Source of the DNA: Candidatus Omnitrophota bacterium
GTDB taxonomy: Bacteria; Omnitrophota; Gorgyraeia; Zapsychrales; Zapsychraceae
Reading direction: 5' to 3'
NCBI GenBank assembly: GCA_035292445.1
Contig: DATDQB010000001.1
Span: forward strand, 71,530-135,529
Length of the DNA: 64,000 nt
Shown here: positions 57,062 through 64,000 of the stretch, piece by piece
Position numbering within the stretch: position 1 is the stretch's first letter
Layout of the letters: each line of letters opens with the position of its first letter
The notes under the pieces: generated by a model
Told to the model about the DNA's origin: nothing
The model's input: the letters and a program-made list of their open reading frames with translations, nothing else
The model's database searches: none
Position numbers and translations under genes: made by a program

Positions 57062-58738
57062 ATGAATTTACTTTTCCTTGTCCTTTGCTCGATCATTCTT
57101 CTCTTATTGGGCTATTACACCTACGGCATTGCCCTGGCCAAGTGGTTCAAGCTTTCCGATGCGAACGTCACTCCTGCCCACTGCCTGCGTGACAACCAGG
57201 ATTTTGTCCCCACGCCCAAATTTTATTTGGTCAATCAGCACCTTTCCGCTATTGCTGCCGCCGGCCCGATTGTCGGGCCTATCCTCGCCGGCATGTGGTT
57301 CGGGTGGCTGCCGACCTTCTTCTGGATCGTTTTGGGCGGGATCTTTATCGGCGGCGTGCACGACTTTCTATCGCTTCTTGCTTCCGTCCGCCATCAGGGC
57401 CGCTCCATCGCGGAGATCATCAAAGAAACGATGGGACAAAAGGCCTTTATTATTTTTCTTCTCTTTTTATGGTTCTCGCTCGTCTACATCATCGCCGCCT
57501 TCACCGACGTCACCTCAAGCACCTTCGCGGAAGCGCAGCACGGCGCCTCCATCGCCTCCTCTTCCATGCTCTATCTTCTCTTGGCCTTCATCATGGGGCT
57601 TATCCTGAAAATATTCAAACCGCCGCTGATGTTGGCCACCTTTATCTTTCTTCCTTTAGTATTTGTGTGCATCTGGCTGGGGCCGTATCTTCCGTTGAAC
57701 CTGCCGTCTCTTTTCGGTTTGAATTTGCGCATGAGCTGGAACATCATGCTTTTGGCGTATTGCTTTATGGCAGCCGTCATTCCGGTTTGGGTCCTCTTGC
57801 AGCCGCGCGGTTACTTAGGCGGATTTTTCTTAACGCTCACGGCTGTGGTGAGCTTTATCGGGCTTGTCATCGGAAGCTTCACCCATACGATCGCCATGCA
57901 ATATCCGGCGTTTGTCAGCTGGAACAATCCGCAAGGGCTTCCGTTACTGCCGCTCCTTTTTACGACCGTTGCCTGCGGGGCGTGTTCGGGGTTTCATTGC
58001 CTGATCGCCTCCGGCACCACGTCAAAGCAGCTTAACAAAGAATCTGATGTCCGTTTCGTGGCCTACGGCGGGATGCTAATGGAATGTTTTGTCGCGGTCA
58101 TGGCGCTCTCTTGCTTGATCATCCTCTCGACAACCCAGGCGCAGGAACTCAAAGACCCCAACCAAATCTTTGCCCACGGGGTCGCGGCTTTTATAAGCAC
58201 CTTAGGTATCAACAAAGAATTCGCCTTGAATTTTGCGCTGTTGGCTTTCGCCACGTTTGTCTATGACACCCTTGATGTGGCGACACGTTTGGGCCGTTAC
58301 ATTTTTGAGGAATTGACGGGCTGGAAAAATAAATGGAGCCCGTACGTGGCGGCCGCGCTGACACTTGTTTTGCCGTTGTGGTTTCTGACGCGCACCTTTA
58401 CCGATGCACAAGGCAATCCGATCGCGGGATGGAAAATGTTTTGGACGGTCTTTGGTTCGAGCAATCAACTTTTGGCGGCCATGGTTTTATTCGGGCTGGC
58501 CGTGTGGCTGTTCAAGCTGGGGCAAAAATTCCGCGTGGCGCTTCTTCCTTCAGTATTTATGATCGTCGTTGCGGTCAGTTCCCTGTTTCTTATCATCCGC
58601 CCGTGGCTAGGCAAAATCCTTCAGGGCAATTTTTCCGCCGACCCGGTCGGCTTGACCTGCATCGCCCTTTTTATCCTCACCGGTTTTCTTCTCATCGAAG
58701 GCGCCGTTATCTTTCTTAAAGGGAAGAAAAATCAATAA
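57062..58738 (+). CDS. cstA: Carbon starvation protein A family transporter
   Basis: TPAH..D..DFVP, IAAAGPIVGP, GGVHD, LLQPRGYL, ACGACSGFH, SGTTSKQL. Confidence 0.92.
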   Translation: MNLLFLVLCSIILLLLGYYTYGIALAKWFKLSDANVTPAHCLRDNQDFVPTPKFYLVNQHLSAIAAAGPIVGPILAGMWFGWLPTFFWIVLGGIFIGGVHDFLSLLASVRHQGRSIAEIIKETMGQKAFIIFLLFLWFSLVYIIAAFTDVTSSTFAEAQHGASIASSSMLYLLLAFIMGLILKIFKPPLMLATFIFLPLVFVCIWLGPYLPLNLPSLFGLNLRMSWNIMLLAYCFMAAVIPVWVLLQPRGYLGGFFLTLTAVVSFIGLVIGSFTHTIAMQYPAFVSWNNPQGLPLLPLLFTTVACGACSGFHCLIASGTTSKQLNKESDVRFVAYGGMLMECFVAVMALSCLIILSTTQAQELKDPNQIFAHGVAAFISTLGINKEFALNFALLAFATFVYDTLDVATRLGRYIFEELTGWKNKWSPYVAAALTLVLPLWFLTRTFTDAQGNPIAGWKMFWTVFGSSNQLLAAMVLFGLAVWLFKLGQKFRVALLPSVFMIVVAVSSLFLIIRPWLGKILQGNFSADPVGLTCIALFILTGFLLIEGAVIFLKGKKNQ

Positions 58739-60864
58739 TTATTTATCGGCGAAGGCAATGCCTTTTCCTTGATGCGGTTGATGTCCTCATCGCTAATTTC
58801 ATATCCCAGCTCCCTGGCTTTTAAAGCATCCGCCAGCGCCTTCTCCCATTGTTGTTGTGCTTGAAAGGTAAGTGAGCGGTTCATGTAAGCTACGGCATAA
58901 CGGGAATCGAGCGCGATCGCTTCGTTGAGATCGACCAGCGCTAAATCATATTGGCCTTGGGCCATGTAATTGGTGCCTCTGTTATTGTACCCGCGGGCAT
59001 AATCAGGACCAAGCTCCAAAACTTTATCAAAATCTTTTTGCGCCAGATCGTAGCGGCCCGCCAGGTAATACTCGGTCCCTCTTTGGTCCAGCATGAAGAA
59101 ATCATCGGGCTTTAACTGCAGCGCTTTATTAAACTCGGCAATGGCGGCATCATGTTTGCCCTGCTGGCTTAAGAAAAACCCCCTGTCATAATACGTTAAA
59201 TAATTTTCCGGGTTCAGGTAAACCGCTCGGTCCAAATCGGCGAACGAACGTTCAAAATCACCCCTTAGCCCGTAGGCCTTGCCCCTCATGGCGTAGGCTT
59301 TGGCATTGTTCGGCTCCAGCTCCACGGCCTTATCGCCATCCGCAATGGCTTCATCGAACCTTCCCATCGCCACATACACATTGGCCCGGTTAATAAAAGA
59401 GGTCGCTTGTAAGGTATTGCGGCTGATGACCTGATTAAACTCCTCCAAAGCCAAATCATCGTTTCCCCGATGGCTGTAGACAATGCCCCTGACATTTAAA
59501 GCAGAATCGGAATAAGGATTCCCTACCAAAGCGGCGTTAGCGTCTTTAAGGGCAAGGTCCCACTCTTCCTTTTCAACATACGCAGAGGCCCTTAAGCCAT
59601 AGGCCTTGGCCACATACTGGGGATTCTTCTCAATGACGTACGTCCAAAAAGTGATGCTGTCCTTCCAAACCCGGGCAAGAAGAAATGTCTTGGCCGCGAA
59701 GGACAGGTACACGAGCGCCACGGCAATAACCACCGCCGCTTTGACAAAGGCACCCTTTCGCCCCAGCTTTTGAAACCCCGTATAAAACAGCCAGCCGAAA
59801 AATAAACAAAACCCGATACTCGGTATATAGATGTGCCTGTCCGCCACAACGCTGGTGTAACGGACCAAGACCCCATAGCGCAATAAAAAGAAAATGGTCG
59901 CCATAAAAAAAAGAAACGCGAAAATAAACCAACGGCTCTTGCGGAAACGCACCAAAAAGGCCATGTAAACAACAAAAACAATGACCGCGGACATATACGG
60001 CCACTCGCCGAAACCGATGGGCTCCGGCAGTTGGTAATAGGGGATGACATTGAACGGCCACAGGAATTTCTGGATGTAAAAACTGAACGTCCAGAAGAAA
60101 ATAGGGATCGCTTTGGTGATGTCCTCTCCCGGCAACGGCGCCACCAGTTCCGTGTGATGCTGGAAGGTCATATACGTAAGGGGGATGATGTAAAGAAAGT
60201 ACGGGATCTTATCCAGCAACGTTCTTTTATCGAACTTCCTTCCCGCAAACCAATCCAGGACAAAAAGAGCGACCGGCAGGCTCAACGCCGTCGGTTTGGA
60301 AAGCATGCTCAATAAACCGAGCAGTACCGAGACGGAGTAACTTCTTTTGCTGTGCTTCTTCAGATAGGACCAGTACGCCAAAAGTGCCGGCACGTAAAAG
60401 CTCGCGAACAACACGTCTTTGCGCTCGGACATCCAGCAAACGGATTCCACATGCATGGGATGCACCCCGAACAAAAGCGCCGCCAAAGCGCCCGCGTACG
60501 TCGGCAACCCCAGGCGCAGCGCGAGCACAAAGACACACCCCGTGACCCACAAATGAAGCAAAAGATTGTCCAGATGAAAAATAAAAGGGTCGAACCCGAA
60601 AAAGCGGTGTTCCAGCGTCCAGCTCAAGACCGTTAAGGGGCAATAGACTTTTACATAAACCGTCTTGAAGCTGTCCTTGATGTGTTCCCAGTCAAGGGTG
60701 AGGACCGCGGCGTTATCCAGGATAAACTCCGTGTCGTCCCAGTTCGTGAAGTCATTTTGCAATGTTGGCAGGAATGACAGAAACGTGATGCCTAAAATAA
60801 GGATTAAAAGAAAGAATTCCCTTAAACCGAAGCGTTGATGGGATGTGGGTGCGGCTGGTTCCAT
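58732..60864 (-). CDS. TMTC-like GT-C membrane glycosyltransferase with TPR repeats
   Basis: NDFTNWDD, YCPLT, FHLDNLLLH, FGVHPMHVESVCW..ERKD, LSKP, ADRHIYIP, VWKD, then multiple TPRs. Confidence 0.85.
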   Translation of the reverse strand: MEPAAPTSHQRFGLREFFLLILILGITFLSFLPTLQNDFTNWDDTEFILDNAAVLTLDWEHIKDSFKTVYVKVYCPLTVLSWTLEHRFFGFDPFIFHLDNLLLHLWVTGCVFVLALRLGLPTYAGALAALLFGVHPMHVESVCWMSERKDVLFASFYVPALLAYWSYLKKHSKRSYSVSVLLGLLSMLSKPTALSLPVALFVLDWFAGRKFDKRTLLDKIPYFLYIIPLTYMTFQHHTELVAPLPGEDITKAIPIFFWTFSFYIQKFLWPFNVIPYYQLPEPIGFGEWPYMSAVIVFVVYMAFLVRFRKSRWFIFAFLFFMATIFFLLRYGVLVRYTSVVADRHIYIPSIGFCLFFGWLFYTGFQKLGRKGAFVKAAVVIAVALVYLSFAAKTFLLARVWKDSITFWTYVIEKNPQYVAKAYGLRASAYVEKEEWDLALKDANAALVGNPYSDSALNVRGIVYSHRGNDDLALEEFNQVISRNTLQATSFINRANVYVAMGRFDEAIADGDKAVELEPNNAKAYAMRGKAYGLRGDFERSFADLDRAVYLNPENYLTYYDRGFFLSQQGKHDAAIAEFNKALQLKPDDFFMLDQRGTEYYLAGRYDLAQKDFDKVLELGPDYARGYNNRGTNYMAQGQYDLALVDLNEAIALDSRYAVAYMNRSLTFQAQQQWEKALADALKARELGYEISDEDINRIKEKALPSPINNY

Positions 60865-60936
60865 AAGAGGCGGTCCGTTTTATTAAGATTATACAGAAAA
60901 ATAAAAGGTTTGTGGATTTTGAAATGGATTATTTAA

Positions 60937-61615
60937 ATGTTGTCCGCTGTATCCGAAAAAGCTACAATAACCAGCGTGACCAAAATGCTTCTTAAACTGT
61001 ATATCCCTTCGCTTATTATTCTGCTAATCGTTTTCTTGATATGCAAAATTAAAGAAATCCCGATCGAGGTCATGCTCAGCGACCCCTTAGCGCTGGTTGA
61101 CGCCTACCCGTGGCTTGGCCTTGTCTCCAACTTAGGCATCTTAGTCTGGACCGGCTGCGTTGGCGTGTGTTTTTTTTACAGCGGCGGTGTTATCACGGAA
61201 AAACCAAGAAAAGGAATACGTCGGCTTTCTTGTGATCGGCGGGACGATCACCGCGGCACTGATGCTGGATGATCTGTTCATGCTGCATGAATACATCTAT
61301 CCCGATTTCCTTCATATATCGCAGAACATCGTCTTTTGTATTTATGCCATGGTCATTCTTTTATATCTAGTAAGGTTCAACGCCTTGATATTAAAAACCG
61401 ATTTTCCCATCCTTATTTTATCCCTCGCATTCTTCACCCTATCATTAGCAGCCGATATCCTCTCGGAATATCATGACCTGCCATGGCTTGTGTTCTTTGA
61501 TGATGGGGCCAAGTTTCTTGGGATCGTCAGCTGGGTGGGGTATTTCATCAATCTGTGCTTCCAAACGCTTATTTTTGTTTCTCCTCAGCAATACGGACCT
61601 GGTAAGGCGCGTTAA
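60937..61615 (+). pseudogene. Membrane protein split by a frameshift in a T8 tract (61170-61177)
   Basis: Removing one T joins ..LVSNLGILVWTGCVGVCFF to TAAVL..LMLDDLFMLHE..DDGAKFLGI into one multi-TM protein. Confidence 0.75.
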
Positions 61616-62045
61616 GTTTTTGAGCGATGGCTTCGAATTCTTCCCTGGTCGGGGCCGTGATCGCCACCTCGCCAAGCTCGAGCGCCTGCTCGATCACGGG
61701 CGCCATCATATATTTCTTGTCCACAAAAATGGCAAGCCTCCTGCCGATGGAGGCCTTGGTGAGCTTATAAAATTTCTTCCTGCCTTCTTCCGTCATCTTC
61801 AGTAACAGATGGGGCTGTTCGAAATCAACAATGGTGATGGTCGCGATGTCGTCCTGCGTGATCCTGACTTTCTTCTCGATGTAAATATCGCCGTTGACCG
61901 TGCTCACCTTCTCGGCCTTCTTGCTCAACTTATCAACGACCAGGTGGAACTCAACCGGGATATTCGGTTGTTGGGCATTGGATGGGGCGGCAACCGCCAG
62001 CAAGCTAAGGCAGGCAAAAATGAAAATAATTTTTCTGATCTTAAT
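61569..62045 (-). CDS. Exported stand-alone SecD/SecDF P1-head-like domain protein; probable ATT start
   Basis: TEEGRKKFYKLT..IGRRLAIFVD..APVI..GEVAIT pattern; full signal peptide IKIRKIIFIFACLSLLAVAAPSNA only if initiated at or near ATT 62045. Confidence 0.7.
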   Translation of the reverse strand: MKIRKIIFIFACLSLLAVAAPSNAQQPNIPVEFHLVVDKLSKKAEKVSTVNGDIYIEKKVRITQDDIATITIVDFEQPHLLLKMTEEGRKKFYKLTKASIGRRLAIFVDKKYMMAPVIEQALELGEVAITAPTREEFEAIAQKLNAPYQVRIAEEKQK

Positions 62046-62169
62046 CCCTCGTGGCCTGGTAAATGGCGTAGGAGGCGCCGGCGGCCAGGGCCGTTCCCAG
62101 TACAGAGCAACCGCTTATCGAGATGGCGATGATGGCGACGAGCGTCAGGTTGAAGGCGTTTTTAAGCAC
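62041..62169 (-). CDS. Small lipoprotein, 42 aa (not in ORF track)
   Basis: MLKNAFNLTLVAIIAISISG|CSVLGTALAAGASYAIYQATRD; ISGC lipobox; AAGGA just upstream of the GTG. Confidence 0.7.
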   Translation of the reverse strand: MLKNAFNLTLVAIIAISISGCSVLGTALAAGASYAIYQATRD

Positions 62170-62267
62170 GCGTCCTTTGGCGTTATGCGGCTTGGTGTGT
62201 TGTTTCCACTATAAAGGGCGGGCATTCGATTAGCAAGGTGAAACTGATAAAAGAAATACTTTAATTC

Positions 62268-63698
62268 TTATTTTTTCTTTTCCCTTCTTCGCAATTTAGG
62301 TTCGTCCTTGAGGATCTCGAGAAAGGCATCGACCACTTTGGGATGGAACTGGGTGCCCCTGTTGAGCTTAAGCTCCGCAATGGCTTCCTCCCTGGATAAC
62401 GCCTTGCGGTAGGAGCGGTCCGAGGTCATCGCATCATACGCGTCCGCAACAGATACGATCGCCGCGAACAAATTGAGCTGTTCCCCTTTTAATTGGTCGG
62501 GATAGCCTTTCCCGTCGTAACGCTCATGGTGGCCCCGGACAACGGCCAGCATTTCATCGTTGGTCAAAACCGGCTTGAGGATCTTCTCCCCGATCAAAGG
62601 GTGCTGCTTCATCTCATCCCATTCTTCCTTCGTCAACGGCCCGGGCTTATTAAGGATATTGTCCTTGACCCCGAGCTTGCCGATATCATGCAGCAAGGTC
62701 ATCCTCTTGAACAATTTGACGGTCTGCGCCGAACACCCTAGTTTCGTGGCGATCTTTCCCGAAAAAATAGCGACCGCCTCCGAGTGGCCGCGGGTGTATT
62801 GGTCCCTGATCTCCAGGATGTGCACCAGCGAGCGCACCACCCCGTAAAAATAACCGATCAACCGTTGGCGGGACTCATCCAAATTTTTGGCCATGTGGTT
62901 AAAATCTTTGGCAAACTCGCTGAATTCGCTGTCCCCTTTGATGCGGACCTTATACTTTAGATCCCCTTTGGAAATCCGGCGCGTCCCTTCAACCAGCTCC
63001 TGGACCGGCCGGCTGATGTGCGTGGAGAGGATCGTCCCCAATATCAAAGCCAATAGAAGCCCTACCGCAAAAACAACAAGGACACGCTTTTGCACTTCTT
63101 GCTGCATCTGGTAAACGTCATCGGCCAGGACATCAACCCCCAGCATGGCGATGGCCCGATGGTTCTCATCATAGATCGGGGCATAGCCCGAAAGAGTCAC
63201 CCCCCATTCATCGACCTGAAGTTCCCGGTCCGCGGAAGGGCCGTCAAAGGCCTTGAGCATTTCCGGAAAACGGCTGGCGTCATAATGGTCGCCGGGATAG
63301 GCGGTCGTCTTGCCTTCCGTCGTTTGGTCAGGGTCGACAATAAACTGCCAAATCCCCTCCTGCTCGGTTTTCGTCATCGTGTAGATATACGTGATCATAG
63401 GGCTTATGTCTTTGATCTTATTTAACTTCTCAACAATTGTCTTAAAAGCGGGGGATTCAACGCCCGAAGGGGTAAGCGGCACCTGCATGAGAGTCTGCGC
63501 TTCGATAAATAACGCCGTGGTTTGCGCCATGACCATGAGCTGGTTGCGCAAGCCCTGCAATTGCGCCTGCGCGCTGAAACGGTAGATCAGCATATTGCTT
63601 AAGACCAGGATAAAGACCATCGCCAAAAGGAAAGCGATCGTAATTTTCGCCCGGAAAGACTTAAATAGCAAAGTGAATTTTTTCAGGATCCGATGCAT
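62268..63698 (-). CDS. Membrane-bound HAMP + HD-GYP cyclic-dinucleotide phosphodiesterase
   Basis: Two TMs around a Cache-like sensor (DEWGVTLSGYAPI), HAMP, YTRGHS, LHDIGK, HHERYDGKGYP, VADAYDAMTSDRSYR. Confidence 0.92.
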   Translation of the reverse strand: MHRILKKFTLLFKSFRAKITIAFLLAMVFILVLSNMLIYRFSAQAQLQGLRNQLMVMAQTTALFIEAQTLMQVPLTPSGVESPAFKTIVEKLNKIKDISPMITYIYTMTKTEQEGIWQFIVDPDQTTEGKTTAYPGDHYDASRFPEMLKAFDGPSADRELQVDEWGVTLSGYAPIYDENHRAIAMLGVDVLADDVYQMQQEVQKRVLVVFAVGLLLALILGTILSTHISRPVQELVEGTRRISKGDLKYKVRIKGDSEFSEFAKDFNHMAKNLDESRQRLIGYFYGVVRSLVHILEIRDQYTRGHSEAVAIFSGKIATKLGCSAQTVKLFKRMTLLHDIGKLGVKDNILNKPGPLTKEEWDEMKQHPLIGEKILKPVLTNDEMLAVVRGHHERYDGKGYPDQLKGEQLNLFAAIVSVADAYDAMTSDRSYRKALSREEAIAELKLNRGTQFHPKVVDAFLEILKDEPKLRRREKKK

Positions 63699-63826
63699 GA
63701 TAGTAAATAGGGCTGTCCCTATCTCTCTTCTTGTCAAGGTTATTATATCATGGGCAACATGTCAAGGGAGAGTTTGGGAGAGAAAGTATTTGGAGGTAAG
63801 CCTTTTGTCTTCTATAATTAAATACA

Positions 63827-64000
63827 ATGAATGAAACGCCCCTTCCCACTGATCCACTGAACCAACCCGCGGTCAAAGGCATCCCCCATAAACGTATCTG
63901 CGCGTTTGTGATCGATACCGTCTTCACGGGCGTCATCAATATTTTAATAATCAGCGGCCTTTCGGAGAAATTTTTCGGATCGCCCATTCTATTACCTGTT
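63827..64000 (+). CDS. RDD-family membrane protein, N-terminal part (runs off window)
   Basis: MNETPL..HKRICAFVIDTVF matches the R-x-x-A-x-x-I-D RDD motif; frame is open to the window end; TATAAT 8 nt upstream. Confidence 0.65.
   Translation, partial: MNETPLPTDPLNQPAVKGIPHKRICAFVIDTVFTGVINILIISGLSEKFFGSPILLPV

Noticed and set aside
62146-62226. Short minus-strand ORF starting MPALY, like the ZIP transporter N-terminus
   Set aside because: Only about 15 nt of similarity; the ORF stops after 26 codons and overlaps the better-supported lipoprotein.
63748-63987. 79-aa minus-strand ORF at the window end
   Set aside because: The opposite strand carries an RDD-motif frame with a promoter-like -10; this ORF is its shadow.

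Overview
Bacterial chromosomal window, mostly housekeeping genes on the minus strand, with no prophage, transposase, integrase, rRNA or CRISPR array visible. The organism is diderm (LpxL-type acyltransferase, outer-membrane beta-barrel, lipoproteins). Gene content (alpha2-type GlyRS, GuaB3, PPDK, NfnAB, PolX-PHP, TMTC-like GT-C/TPR protein, CBM11-like anchored protein, CIRCE-controlled groESL) suggests an anaerobic PVC-superphylum lineage such as Ca. Omnitrophota; this taxon is an inference. Main blocks: methyltransferase/GT2 cluster; pgpA-pgsA-rimO-rodZ-ftsK-pnp-rpsO; an accessory operon at 15.0-18.2 kb; a beta-barrel gene with a long structured leader; tRNA-Arg(CCT); glyQS-ppdK-sigma70-LacI-like-apt; polX-nfnAB-panB; dtd-tatD-DUF3352; an archaeal-type Hel308 helicase; hisS-aspS-LysM-phoH-HD-ybeY-recO; dnaE; guaB3-guaA; groES-groEL; transporters; TMTC; HD-GYP. 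The best candidate for an undescribed system is the 15.0-18.2 kb operon: a Soj/ParA ATPase fused to a glycogen-binding CBM48 module, encoded next to a membrane-anchored carbohydrate-binding protein, possibly positioning glycogen or another glucan cargo. Other notable signals: a sigma factor coupled to a LacI-like sensor lacking its DNA-binding domain, an H1-like basic tail on GuaA, an 8-nt-periodic long hairpin, a GAD-less AspRS, several apparently leaderless genes, ATT/ATA starts, and two small lipoproteins missing from the ORF track. All calls are by-eye motif recognition; no database search was run.
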